DNA of 63,630 nt, counting the filler, from Vannella sp. (taxonomy: Eukaryota): the NCBI GenBank assembly GCA_023345925.1. It is 6 parts of 6 records of this genome, joined end to end, with 100 filler letters (N's around TTAATTAATTAA, not from the genome) between each part and the next. Parts side by side here need not be neighbours in the genome. Positions count along the whole stretch, not along the records: positions 1 to 27,752 come from JAJQQN010000970.1; positions 27,853 to 35,618 come from JAJQQN010001199.1; 4 more parts are not named here. One strand, given 5' to 3'. Both the position numbers and the translations under genes were made by a program. This document shows positions 22,009 to 34,541 of the stretch, piece by piece. Position 1 is the first letter of the stretch. Each line of letters starts with the position of its first letter. The notes beneath the pieces were generated by a model. The model was not told the origin of the DNA. It saw only the letters and a list, made by a program, of their open reading frames with translations, and did no database searches.

Positions 22009-22280
22009 CCCAACAAGAAATGACCTCTTCTACGCGGTCTCTATCACTTGCACGGTCCTACGGCTATCCCTCTTAGAGCTGTGCTAAGAGCAGAGCTAGA
22101 GGGAGCTTCACTTCCTCTTTGGGAGCGTTTCAGTCCTTTGGTACCTTCTATGGGCGTGACTTTGCCTCTGTTAGGGCCACAGAGAAGAGGGAGAGGTCTA
22201 TAAGCGGGATAGAAGCGGGGAAAGGACGAAGGGGAACGGGTTGAGCTTTACTGGATGAGTTGGAGCCTTGTTCGAGCTGT

Positions 22281-22666
22281 TTACTCTTGTTCTCCGTATT
22301 GGTGGCGTTGAGAAGAGTGTTTGGCACCAACATGGACCTCTTCGTGTGTCTTAATGACGTTGTCACGCACTTCGGACACCGAGAAGTGGCTGGTTGGAGG
22401 CTTGATAAGGGAAGATCCCCAGCGCTGCTCCTTCTCACTCACATCGTTGATCTACTCCACACCACGCATACCCTCATCAGTCAGGCCCTCTCTTAACCCT
22501 CCCAAACAACGCACAGCATCAACATCAGTGTCCCAGTCATCCTCGTCCACCACCTCCTTCGCCTACCCACCTCGTTAGCCCTTCTCCCACCCAAAGCAAG
22601 GAGCACACGCACCCCACTCGAGAGAGTAGCAGGAGCCAGATCTTCAGTGCGCATGTAGACGGACAT
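22281..22666 (-). CDS. Stand-alone cortactin/HS1 N-terminal acidic domain micro-protein (90 aa, 3 exons)
   Basis: Exons 22613-22666, 22515-22562 and 22281-22451 with two GTGCGT...TAG introns give ...[50 protein letters not shown]...YGEQE*. This closely matches cortactin [21 protein letters not shown]. Confidence 0.85.
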
Positions 22667-22721
22667 CGTCGGGAGAGCAAATGAACCCAAAAAGGGGCCG
22701 CGGGAGAAGGGGGAAAGCTCT

Positions 22722-24100
22722 TTAGGCTGCTGGTTGATGGTAAACAGTCCAGGCACCACCGTCCTTTGCGTAGAAGTCCATCGGATAGACGCTCTTCCAT
22801 TCGGTGCCTTGGAAGGCCACTTCGGCTTCGTAGGAGTTGAGGAGGGGCTTGGTGAAGGCGTAACCCCAGTCAATGGAGAGTCGAGGGCATGCCACTTGAA
22901 TCCATGCGTCGATATCGGGGAAGAGCTGAGAGGGGAGTGAGTCATGGTGGTGGTGGGGAGTGGGGAGCCTTCGTCTTACGTCAAGCTTGGACGGGAAGAT
23001 CTCAGAGAGAAGGACGATGTTGTAGTCGATACCTTGACTAAGGAGCAGCTCCTCCAAATGCTTGAGCACTCGAGGACTTCCTTGACGACCCAATGTTCCT
23101 AAGATAACACCAACCCTCTACAGCGAGAGACCCATTAGAGGATGCTAAAGCAAAGAGGACGCATTACTTTGGCTTGTGAAGCTTCCTGAATCGCAGCACG
23201 GCGGATCTTGAACATCTCCTCGGTGTGATACTGTTCCTTGGTGAACTTTTTGCTGTAAGGATCGTACTTGAAGGCAGGGACAGTGGGATTGTGGATCATA
23301 ACAGACTCCAAGTGGAACCTTCCATCTGCCAGGTACACAATCGCGTCAATGTCACTGAAGTGCGGCGAAGTACAGCCCAAAACCTCTCCTCGTGAGAGCG
23401 GTTTGGCCTGAGGGACAGACACAGGGAACGTTTCAGCAAGCTCTGCAGCAGCTGACTGCAATGAAGAAGCAAACTGAATGGTTCCAATCAACGCTAAGCG
23501 TGTAGCTGGCTCAAAGTTGAACTTTACAGTCTCGATGAAGTGCCGAATGTCGATTTTGATGTCCACAAAGACGTATAGGCACTTGATCCCCTGCGTAACA
23601 TCAATAGGAACTAAACAGGAGTGTCCATAATGCACCAGAAAGTCCGCACCGAGCGCCTTGGCGGTGAAATCATCGACGCAACATGCTCCGTAGGTGACAT
23701 CTCCCAGCATGATGACATCTACGCCTCCAAACTCACGTAGGATATCGGCGATACGTCCACCATACATGAGAAGGCCTTCAGGGAACTGCAGAGCAACTAA
23801 ACGGCTCTCACTTTCACGAAGGCGATGCAAAGTCTTGTGGATCTCGAAGTTGTAGTTGATCGGGAGGAGCTGCTCGATGGTAGCGTTCAGTTTAGGGTTC
23901 TGTAGGATATCCTCAGGGACAGTATGGCTGATACGACCGCGGAAAACCTTTCCTTGGTTGTTCTCTCGAGGAACAAGCGACCTCTCGGTGACAGGGCGAG
24001 CTCCGCTCCCCTTCTTCTTCCCCACAAACTTCCTTTTCTTCTTCTCCAAGCTCTCAGTGGCCCCTTCAGCGCTGTTCCTTGTCCCTTCCCCTTGGTCCAT
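22722..24100 (-). CDS. DPH1: Diphthamide synthesis protein Dph1 (3 exons)
   Basis: [47 protein letters not shown] and YPMDFYA motifs. Confidence 0.96.
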
Positions 24101-24219
24101 GACCCGTCCCCCTCGAAGGGTATGAAATGAAAGGTGTAGAGGAGAGTACGAGTCAACGACAGCACCTCCTGACCACACCTAAGCTGACTTAAACGCCATT
24201 TGATCGAGGCGCCCGGTTG

Positions 24220-26025
24220 ATGGACAAGGCGGAGAAATACGATCGCCAGATCCGCCTTTGGGGTGCTCAGGGGCAAGAACGGATTGAAGGAGCGTCTGTG
24301 GTGTGCTTAGGAGCTAGTGCAGTGATGACAGAGACACTGAAGAACCTGATTCTGCCGGGTACGTCGTCAGGGACTCTGGAAACCGTCTGGCTCATCGAAG
24401 GAGTGAAGGAGTGGGCTCGTATACCATTGCAGATGGTCAGAAAGTCCAAAACGAAGACCTAGGGACCAACTTCTTCCTCACTCTGGGTCATTTGGGCCGC
24501 TCCCGTGCGGAGGCCACTTGCGAACTTCTTCAAGAACTCAACGAGGACGTGAAGGGGGCCTTCAAAAGCACTGACCCCAATGCAATGATTGATGAGCAGA
24601 TCCAATGGTTCGATCAGTTCACCGTAGTGATGGCTACGGGCCTCTCCCAAAGCTCATTGAAAAAGTTGGCGGACTATTTGGCCCCAAAGAACGTTCCGTT
24701 GGTGCTAGTCACGTCACTAGGACTCATTGGATACGTCCGTGTTCAAGTGAGCGAGCATTTGGTGATCGAATCAAAGCCAGATAACTCCCTTGATGACCTC
24801 CGATTGACTGCACCTTGGCCAGAGCTCACCACCTTCTGTGAGTCCATACAGCTGAGCGAACTTGATGATCAGAAGCATGGCCATATTCCATACGTCGTCA
24901 TTCTCTTCCAAACTCTCCAGGAATGGAAAAAGAGTGTAGGTGACTTGGGCAACTGATTCTCGCTAATGATCCCAGCATGGTGGTCGGGAACCTTCCACGT
25001 TTAGGGAAAAAGAAGAATTTAAGGCTCAGATTATGACCCAGCGCCGCTCAGACGAAGAGGCCAACTTTCCTGAGGCTTTTGCGGAGGCTAAGAATGCGTG
25101 GGTTCCGACTGACATTCCAGAAACGGTACAGAAGCTCTTCCAGTCATCCAAGTGTACGCAAGAGAACGCAAACGACTTTTGGGTGTGTATTCTTGCCCTT
25201 CGCCACTTTGCTGAGCGCCACAAATGCCTTCCGTTGAGTGGAAGCCTTCCTGACATGAACTCTGATACGCAAAGCTACCAAGCTATCCAACGTCTCTTCC
25301 AAGAGAAGGCTTCTAAAGACAGATTGGAGGTCACTCAGTACATTAACGACGTTCTCAGGCTCTCAGGAAGAGCCGATTACTCGATACCCGAAGAATACGT
25401 TTCTTTGTTCTGCAAGAATGCCCATTTTCTGTGCTCAGTAGAGACCAGATCACTCTCCCAGGAAGCGGAAGCCTCTGTTGAGAATGGGACACTACTAAGT
25501 GAGAGGAGCTCCCATTCTCGTTAACCTTAACTGACATTCCCCAGCGGAGGCCATTGAGATGGACATGTACGGAACCCCAAAGTGGCTTCTTTGCCTCAAA
25601 GCGGTCGAGCAGTTCACCACAGATTACAGCCGAGCCCCCGGATACACTTCAGAAGACTTGGATACGGATGCCATCGCACTGCGGGTGAGTCCAAGTCTCT
25701 CTTCCCACTCCGTTCTGACGCAACAAAGGGGTACGTTCAGAGTTTTTGTGAGCAGCGCGGCTTGTCATCTGCTCTCGTAAGCGACGAGTCCCTCCAAGAG
25801 ATGTAAGTTCCCTCCATCCCACTTCCCATTCTTGCAAGCAGGTTTCTAACGGACTGGCCGCCAAGTTGTCGGTTTGGAGGAGGCGAGCTTCATACTGTCT
25901 CAGCAACTTTGGGAGGAATCGTAGCGCAAGAAGTCATCAAGTTAATCACTCACCAGCTTGTGCCATTGAACAACACACTTATTGTGGATTCCATCAACTG
26001 CTCCACTGCCATGTTTGAGGCGTAA
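24220..26025 (+). CDS. NAE1: NEDD8-activating enzyme E1 regulatory subunit (6 exons)
   Basis: KYDRQIRLWGAQGQ, ETLKNLILPG, HGHIPYVVIL, LPLSGSLPDM and terminal RFGGGELH...AQEVIKLITHQ. Confidence 0.94.
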
Positions 26026-26052
26026 GTCATCGGTTTATCCCCTCTTAGAGTC

Positions 26053-27426
26053 TCAGTTGCTCAGCAACTCTGGAGACTCTGAGTACATAAAGTCCTGCAT
26101 CTGTGCCACCTTCGATTGCCATTCCGCCAACTTGTTCTTCATGATGACGAGTTGAACCGATTCAAGAACCCGCGGTTGCACCCAAGAGATGGCCACTGTC
26201 TTTGCCACCTGATCAATCACACCTTTGATGGATCCCAGGGACAGAGCGCGCATCAGCAGGAACTCCACGCGGTCCTCCGGAACGCGAGTGACTTGAGATA
26301 CTTGCTGGAAGCTGAGAACTCGTTGGTCTGACGAGAGCTGGAAGACGTGGCTCATCAGGGCCAAGATGGTGATCTTCTCCAAGAGGAAGGCTTCCTTTCG
26401 CACGAAGATGCTGACCGAAGCAAAGTCCGCCTTGTGATCCGCAATCAGTTGCTTGTACTGATCAATACTGCCTTGGTTGAAGGCACGAACGGTCTCCACA
26501 AGCCAGCGGTGGGGCTTCTCAAGAGACAAGAAGATGGCGTTCTGCAACTGAAAGGGCATCAGCTTGTGGCCAAGAAGGGAAGCGGCGGACTCACCAACTC
26601 GGTAAAGTTGAATACAGAGTCGCCTACGAGAGCTGCTACCGCCAGATCGAAGGCAATGCTGACTTGCTGAGCCTCTGCCAGGGTGTCCTTGCTGACGTGG
26701 CCAAGGTACTGGAGCATGTCGTTGTAGTAGGCTTCTGCGTTCTCTGTTGCCTGTATCCCATTAGTCCAGGCTACTCATAGAGATAGGAGACTCTGGTACC
26801 TTGTGGTAGTTGGAGGAGAGAAGGAAGAAGCTGGCGTTGACGATGGCTTCAGCCCCAAAGACGCCTTCCAAGCGCTCCCTTGTCTCGTCTAGCAAGGCGC
26901 GCAGTCCCTTCATATTCTTTTGTTCGAGGTAGAGAGAGCCAATAGCGCATTTGACAAGCACAGAGGCCTGTCCATCCTTCTCTACAGTGAGGAAGACCTT
27001 CTCCAAGAAAGACAAGGCGCTCTCGTTATCTGTAGCCCAGAGGTTCAGATGATGGATGATCGAGACGTAGAGGAACGGTTAGAAGGTACCTTTGAGCTGC
27101 TGGGAAGTGCGAATACCGAACTGAGCGAGCTTGAGGGGATTCAGCTGATCCTCAAAGGTGGAGAGGAACTGAGCGTACAGCTGAACGAGATAGTCTCCCT
27201 CGTTCCACTTGGGTAAAAGATAGAACTTCTCCAGTTCCCCCGTGAGCTGATGCCAAAGCCTGGCCCGGCGTCAGATCAAAGAAAGCGCTCCCCGTCCCTG
27301 GTGTTCTAACCTCTTGCTGTAGAGCCTCTCAATCTCCACTAGCAGCTGTTCCGAAGCCTGGTCGCCCGCAAAACTCGCCTCCTTGGCTTGGGCAGCGATC
27401 CATTGACTAGCAGCAGTGGTGGTCAT
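26053..27426 (-). CDS. RPN9: 26S proteasome lid subunit Rpn9/PSMD13 (5 exons)
   Basis: LYSKR|LWHQLT, LNPLKL, AALVGDSVFNFTEL and the PCI end VEFLLMRALSLGSIKGVIDQV...SWVQPRVL. Confidence 0.95.
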
Positions 27427-27543
27427 GAACGGGGCTCCAGGAAATGTCCTCTTTTTAGCCTCTTTACTCGCTAATCTCCCATTCTCCACATCAGCATTGA
27501 TGAACCCCGAGCGAAAGGCTTTTTGAGGCAGGGATGGTTATGG

Positions 27544-27752
27544 CTTAGTTTTTAAAAGCCGCAATCAGTTGCTCTGCCCATGGTCCTTTCGGCTGTAGGC
27601 AAGCCAGAATGGTAATAACGTGAGGAATTGATGAGCCCGAATGGGAGCCATTTGACTGCCACCTTACCTTCTACCCTGTCTGAAAAGTGCTCCGGGCCAC
27701 GAAGAACTCTCTTTTCGATGAAGTTACTTCCGGAACCTGGGGACTCTTCCAG
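27544..27752 (-). CDS. 3' fragment of an unidentified gene cut by the contig end
   Basis: Minus strand shows a GTAAGG...CTACAG intron flanked by short open frames; the reading frame is not resolvable. Confidence 0.3.
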
Positions 27753-27852
27753 NNNNNNNNNNNNNNNNNNNNNNNNNNNNNNNNNNNNNNNNNNNNTTAA
27801 TTAATTAANNNNNNNNNNNNNNNNNNNNNNNNNNNNNNNNNNNNNNNNNNNN
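27753..27852. other. Artificial contig linker
   Basis: 100 nt of N with a central TTAATTAATTAA (stop codons in all six frames). Confidence 0.98.
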
Positions 27853-27894
27853 CCACCATAGACCCAAAAGGGAAAAGGATCTGAGATGGTTTGG

Positions 27895-28803
27895 CTACGT
27901 GTTCTTCGTCGGCTTTGTCTGTTTCGTCTTTGTTCTGGTGGAACGCCTTGGACGATCAGAGGAGATACGAGGACGTTTGGGTGGAGGCTCCTTCTTGTTG
28001 ACCTGGCTGCGGACCCTTTTGCGGGTGCTTGGGGGAGGTGTGGGGAGTGAGGGGCTGGAGAGGGGGAAAACGTCATCAGCGCGAATGAGGGGTTCGCCAT
28101 CGTCAGAAGAGAAGCTGGAGGAGCTGACATCGTCCTCCGAACTGCCAAGCTCTTGCAATAGAAGGTCCAAACTAAGTCGGCACTCGCGCTCCATCGAATT
28201 CTCTCGACTTACGCTGGCCTCTTGATCCTTAGTCCCTTCCATCTCCACATCTTTCGGCTCTACCTCAGAGCTGAGGGGAGCTGTGATGGAGACGTCCATC
28301 ACAGGGGCAGGCTGAGGGGCATCCGATAACTTTTGGGTGTTCGGTGGTGCAGGAATGGGCTTCAGGGGCTGGAAAGCAGCGTTGCTTTTGGTATGTTGTG
28401 TTGGCTGCCTCACTGGCTGAACAGGATCCTGTCGTGGCGCCTGTAGGCCGCGGATTGCTTGGGTTACACGTTCGTTCACTCGTTCCTTAAAGGAAGTCGA
28501 TCGCAGAGCATTCTGGATGTACTGGCTTGTGAAAGAAGATATGTCTTGCATCTGGTCAACCTCTGCAACAGCATCTACAAGCAATGAAGAAGTAACCGCC
28601 TCGGGAAGGGCATCTCGGCGGATTTGGAGCCCTTCCAGAGTCATCCGCTCCCGCATCATTCGAAACACGAGTTGTTCCACCTTCTCCACTAACCCTTGCG
28701 CTCGCAAGGACAGCATCAGCTCCTGTCGAAGCAAATCGAAGCCTCCAGACCGCTTGAGAGACTCCACCACCTCCTCCGCCGTCAGCACCACGTCCATACT
28801 CAT
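27895..28803 (-). CDS. BOD1/Shg1-like (COMPASS-associated) protein
   Basis: N-terminal EEVVESLKRSGGFDLLRQEL matches BOD1/Shg1 LK..G.FD.LR; the C-terminus is low-complexity and basic. Confidence 0.7.
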   Translation of the reverse strand: MSMDVVLTAEEVVESLKRSGGFDLLRQELMLSLRAQGLVEKVEQLVFRMMRERMTLEGLQIRRDALPEAVTSSLLVDAVAEVDQMQDISSFTSQYIQNALRSTSFKERVNERVTQAIRGLQAPRQDPVQPVRQPTQHTKSNAAFQPLKPIPAPPNTQKLSDAPQPAPVMDVSITAPLSSEVEPKDVEMEGTKDQEASVSRENSMERECRLSLDLLLQELGSSEDDVSSSSFSSDDGEPLIRADDVFPLSSPSLPTPPPSTRKRVRSQVNKKEPPPKRPRISSDRPRRSTRTKTKQTKPTKNT

Positions 28804-28817
28804 CCTCTCACCACCAA

Positions 28818-30619
28818 ATGACCACCCAAGAGGGCCCAGCGCCTCATTGTTTCATGTCCGCGCGTTTGGTCCCAGCGCGGGATCACAGCCACGCGAAGGG
28901 GAGAGGAGAGCCCGTTGCTTTGAAGGAAGGAGAGAACTTGGTGGGACGGGACAGGAAGAGCGCTGCGGTGTGGATTGACGACAAGCGGTGCTCTCGCAAG
29001 CAGGCGGTGCTTACTTGGACAAAGGAAGGAGCTGGGAGCTTGGAGATCACCGTGTCAGGTACTAATCCTTGCTTCTTGTGTGGGAAGGAAGGCGGGAAGC
29101 CTACTCCCTTGACGAAGAAGGAGGGGTCGACGGCCCTTCGTCATGGAGACACTATTTGCTTGTTGGCTCTGGAGTTCCCCTTTGTGGTCGAGCTGACGGG
29201 CTCTGAAGACGACGAAGATGAGCTTATCATTGAGCTAAGCTCTGAGGAAGAGGGAGAGGACGCTATGCAGGACAACGAGGACGGGGATACTCGCCCTCCT
29301 TGCGAATACGGCACCTCCTGTTATCGGAAGAACGAAGACCACAACCGAAAGTTCTATCACTCACACAAGGACATCCACGGAGACCCAAGGGAGGTTCCAA
29401 AAGCGCCAAAAGCGGAAAAGGCGCCAAAAGCCAAGTCTGTTTCGAACGCTCCCAAACCAAAGGAGCCTCTCACAGCAAAGCAGGAAAGCAAAAAGTTGAA
29501 GGAAACGAAGGCACCAGTGAAGCCACCTTCTAAAGCACGGGGCCAGAAAGCAGCAGAAACTCCCAACCCAAAGTCTGCCTCTCCAGCAGAATCATCAGCT
29601 CAAGAGGCTCCTGATACCTCTTCAAAAAAGGAAAAGATTGCAAAGAAGCCTGCACAGCTTCAGCAGCCTCCACCAAAGGGGTTAGATTCTCAAGAAGCGA
29701 GTCAGTCTCTCACTCAAGATATGTTTCCTGAAGTATCTGGTTCCTCTATTTTGACGGGTAGGGCACCAGAAGAAGGAAGATACGTACTTATTCTTCAACA
29801 GAGGAGGATGAAGACTTTCTGGAACGAAGACGAGCCCAGAGGAAAGCAGCAGCCATCGCCCAACAAACGAAGACCTTCCAAGAGAGCATTCCCCCTCGGA
29901 AGATAGTTACCAAAGTGCCCTTCACCCCTCTACAGTCAAAACTACCCACAGAAGCACCAAAAGTAGAGGAAAAGAAGGGAACAAAGCCGTATCCTCTGAA
30001 GAAGGGCGCCCATTCTCTGCTGTTGGTCCCTCTCTGTCTGGACCAAACCAGCCAATTTGAAGGGAAAACAGCTGCTAAGATCCTAGCCAAAGAGCTTCTG
30101 GTGTTCCTTGCCTCTCATCAAGAGCCGGATATACGAATCCGCCTTTTGAGTTCCCCTGAGGAGAATGAGATTTTCCCTTTTGGCAAGTCAGTGGAACAGT
30201 ATCTCTTTGCTCTTCTGAAGAAGAATTCACTCCCCAATGACCTCCGCTTCTCTCATGAGATCGGCACTTTGGCCTTAACCACCTTAGAAGAGCGTTTTGT
30301 CGTGTGCCAAGTGACTTGGCGGTTCAAACCGAATCATTCGGTCACTCGACAGGTGGTTTCATCCACCCCCAGTCTCTTGCTAGACGCCAAATCCCGCTAT
30401 CTGACAGCTGCAGTTGGCAAAGCCTATTTGAACTGGATTCCGGACGAGAAGTTGTTCCGAAAGACAGTCCAAGGTGTGCTTTTGGTTCACGGGCCGAACA
30501 TGCACAACGTACAGAAGCCGAACTGCCTAGAAGGGGACTATAGCAAGGGAGAAGAACTGCTCCAAGCATGCTACGCCTCCCTGTTTGAAGAGTTCTCTCG
30601 CGCGGGGGGTTTGGAGTAA
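28818..30619 (+). CDS. APL-like DNA repair protein: FHA + PBZ + circularly permuted macrodomain (2 exons)
   Basis: FHA GR...DKRCSRKQ...GTNP; PBZ CEYGTSCYRKNEDHNRKFYH; an intron at ~29758-29800 joins a macro region with WRFKP...VHGPNM...DYSKGEELLQACYASLF. The start could be 28854. Confidence 0.82.
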
Positions 30620-30639
30620 AGCTGCGTTATCTCACTACA

Positions 30640-31988
30640 TTAGAAGATCAAGCAATGGAAGCCTCGGCAAGGGCGGGTGGAATGATGATCAGTGCGGAAC
30701 CAAGTGGCCAAGTCCTCATCTGTTGCGGTGCTCGCATCAAAGAAGAACGCACGGCCGCGCGTTAGCGGGAGGTCACATTTGTGCTTCAGGAACTGAGTTT
30801 GCTCGTACAAACGCTCCTGCGTCCAGCGCTGATCGATGCTGGTAGGGTTCCTGGCCACTAGGATCTTGTTACTTCCCAGAGACTCGAGAAGGACGACCTC
30901 CTGGAAGGTCTCTCGATACGAGAGCACCACTTTCAGTGCCTTGCTGACTGCTTCCTCATCAGAGAGCAGCAAGTTCATCACTACCATGCCCTTTGGTGCC
31001 AGGCATGAGAGAACTTGTTTTGATTGACCCACACAGTCGGGCATTTGGTCCTCCAGGTCAAAGGCGTCCAAAAGGATCACGTCGAAGGGCTTTGCACCCT
31101 CGCATTGCTTGCCGAGGTAGTCGCCACACTCTCGTTGAAGAAGATGTATCTGAGGGCTCTCTGTCACACCAAAGTAGGGCGCCATGCTGATCACCTCCTC
31201 GGAGTTGTCCAAGGCGGTGTGTTGGCTCGTGGGAACGGTATTGTGAAGGAAGGAGAGTACTGAACCGGCTCCTAGTCCTACATGGAGGATGGAAGCTTCC
31301 TTTAGGGCTCCTTGAGAAGGGCAAGTGCTCAAAGGGCCGCTGAAGGCTAACGCGGCCATTGTCATCGTCTGCATGTACTCCAAAGGGGGGATGTCTGACG
31401 GCTTCCAGTGGGTTTGACAAGCTCGATGTTGAATGGATGGAGAAGAAGACATAGTTTGATCTGTATCGCCCTCGCAGCGCATGGGATGAAGGCCTTCCAT
31501 GCCTTGAGAGCGTTTGAAGGTGAGCCCTCTCAGTCGTGGGCCGCACGTTACCGTCTCCCAGTCGCTCACGACAAGGGCATCGGACTCGTAAACGATCTTT
31601 TGGTACTCTTCACTGATCTCCATCCACACTGGGTCTACAAAGAGGGGAGTGAGAATGCGCCAAGTCTGAAGGCGGGTCCTAGCGTACTTGGCAGACCTTC
31701 AGAGCTGCGCTCTCTCGTCAAGTCAAAAGGTTGATCAAACGGATGTACACGTGGCTGCTGAGAAACCGCGTACAACATCCCCACAGCCGCCAACACCGAG
31801 AAAAGGAGGACGAGAGCGACAACAAGACCGGCATTGATGCCGTTCTTGCTCTCAATCGTTTCATCGTCTTCCACAGAAGCATGCTCACACTCTGCTGTGT
31901 GCACATGCCCACGAAACCGCGCACGAGGTTGCATCTCCAGGTCGCCCCGTGCCTCCCCCAACTCGAGCCTTTCCGTGCCCACGAACAT
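30640..31988 (-). CDS. SAM-dependent methyltransferase (METTL13 C-terminal/spermidine synthase-like) with N-terminal TM anchor (2 exons)
   Basis: ILHVGLGAGS motif I and FDVILLDAFD. A GTACGC...TTGTAG intron joins the TM-bearing upstream exon in frame (GLP|NPVWME). Start ATG is 31988 or 31934. Confidence 0.78.
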
Positions 31989-32055
31989 GCAGGAACGACG
32001 GAATGGGATTGATGGAATGGAATGGTCATTTGATCCTCCTGGTGGCCGGGGAGAC

Positions 32056-34541
32056 ATGGCGACGGACTTGGCGAGCTTTCGGGCGAACTGTTTGCTTCCA
32101 GACGTGGAGAACGAGTTTGTGGGCTCGTTGGGAGTGTACTGTGAGCGACCGTTGCCTCGGGAGTTGGTGCTGTTGGACGCGGAGCGGGTTTCGGTCGGTT
32201 CGGTGGTGGCGGAGCCGCAGCTGGAGACGGAGATCGAGAACATTCAGCAGTTCTACAACTGGCTTGATACTCTGAAGGATCAGGCTTCGGATGAGGTCGA
32301 AGGACAACTCGAGTGAGCTCCTTCCTCTCGCTTTTGCTGGGTTTCTGCTGATACTTTGAGTAGTGTGTACTTTGACCGTCTGAAGATGTACAGTGATCTT
32401 AGTGGTGATATGCTGAAGGACCTTGATGGGACTCTCGGTGCATTGGACACCCTCACAGCTCAATATCAGCTCGTTTCGACCAAGACAGGGCAACTTCATC
32501 ATGAATGCGAGAGCCTGCTCCACCAGCAGGTATCTACCCCGTAAAGGAGGCTCCATAGTATCTAACTCTTATCGTAGCAAGGTCTGGCTCAGTTTGCCAA
32601 GCAAGTGGAAGAGACGCTTCGATACTTTGACGAGGTCGAGGATATCTCTCAGTTGTTCACTCGCGCGAACCTCTCTGTCCTGGATCCAAAGTTCACAGAC
32701 GCTTTGGAACGTCTTGACGCTTCCATAGGCTTCATAGCAGAGAACCCTTCGTACATGGAAGCCCGTTTGTACATGCAGAAGTTCCAACAACTGCAAACCA
32801 GGGGTCTGACGATGGTCAAGAGCTACGTAGTAACCTTCTTGAAGAACACAGTGGCCCGTCACGCATCAGAGGACTTTGAAACACGCTCGTACATCAAGTT
32901 CCGCGCCGTGGCAGACTCCATTCGGCCTCTCTGCAAAGAGATCGAGAAGCGTGTGCGTCGTAGAGAGTACCTATCGCTACTTGGCGACTGTCACTACTGC
33001 TACTTCCAACAGCGCGACCTTCTATTGCGCAAAACAGTCGAGGAAACCATCCGGGGCTACGAAAAGTTGCCCGACCTGGCCTCCATGATCCGGTCGGGCT
33101 GCGCTTATCTCATCCGTCTGTGCCAGAGCGAGTATGAGCTGTACCGCTTGTTCTTTAGCACGTTCAGCACGGCTATGAGGAGTCTCTTAGAGGGCTTTGG
33201 GGACATGCTTTATACAGCGTTGAGGCCGTTGTTCATCCGAGCCCAAGACGTCAACTTGCTCTGCTCTGCAGCTCATGTGCTGAAGAAGGAGATTCTCCTG
33301 TCTATCCAGGAGAAAGGGGAGTCTGTTCAAGCGTTCCTGGGGGTGATTAACCGGATGCTGGAAGACATTCAAGAGCGTCTCGTGTTCTTGGCCCAAAAGT
33401 TCATTATCGAGGAGATTCGAACGTTCTCCCCGACGGCTAAGGATCTGAACTACCCTGAGCGATTGATGAATTTGGTGGGGGACAAGGAAGGGCCTCTTTA
33501 TGAGCATTGGTACACGACTATGGAGAAGACACTTTTACTCCTCACTCACCTTTATCTCAGTATTGACGTGAGTTGCCATTGTGTGGGAGTATTGTGGTTC
33601 TAATACGAATGGAAAGGCAAAAATCTTTGAAGGATTGGCGCAAGAGACGGTCAGTGAATGCTGCAACTCTCTCTCGTATGCTGCGAAGCGGATTGAAAAG
33701 GAAAAATCCTGGGTGGACGGCCGATTGTTCTTAATTCAGCACTTGACTATTCTTGGAGAGCAGATCTCTCCCTTCAACATCAACTTTGTCGTGGTGCAGA
33801 AGGAATTGGATTACTCCCACATGAAGAACACTTTGAGTTCGCTTTTGCGGGGCCAATTCTCATGGAGGAACAGTCCTCCACGCGTTATTGAGAACCAAAC
33901 AGATTCGAAGAAGGTTAGTTTGGAGGAAATCTATTCTGGAATGGCTCTTGACCCCTCAAAAGGCTCTGGAAAAAATGCTATCCGACGCTATTGAACAGTT
34001 CTGCCACCACGCAACGGCCGCCATCCTCGATGATATCACTACATTCTTGAACACGGTAAGTTCTTTTGAGATAACAAGGAGACTGAGCCTAATCCTCCTC
34101 TAGGCCACCTCATTCAATCGTCTTCATGAAGGTGACGAAGAGTCCCTTCGAGAGCAACCCTTTGCTCAACCAGGTGCGTTTTCTTCTTCTTTGTTGAAAG
34201 GGATTCTCATTTCAGGGTATTTGATAGCTTCCGTCAATAACATCGTTCAAAAGACTCTTGGAGGAGCTTCTCAACTGAATCCAATTATCGAAAAGCTCCG
34301 AATTTACTTTCCCTCTCCCGAAAGCTTCCTCCAAATGCTTGCGCAATTACAAGAACGCATTTTCTTTGAGTTTAAGCGACTCCTGAGACTGCTCGATTCT
34401 CATTACACGGAAGGAGACCGGAAAGAGATTAATTTGTTCCTTCCCAGAGTTCGAGACATTTTCAGCTTTGAACACTCCCCGCCCCCTCCTATTCCACCCC
34501 AACCTCTTCCACAATCTGAAGAGATCACAGAGAATCAATAA
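32056..34541 (+). CDS. COG3: Conserved oligomeric Golgi complex subunit 3 (7 exons)
   Basis: IENIQQFYNW, VSTKTGQLHHECESLL, IRSGCAYL, DIQERLVF, WYTTMEKTL, FEGLAQE and DGRLFLIQHL motifs. Confidence 0.94.

Noticed and set aside
22148..22578. Listed short ORFs between HPS5 and DPH1
   Set aside because: They are shadows of the spliced minus-strand cortactin-like gene.
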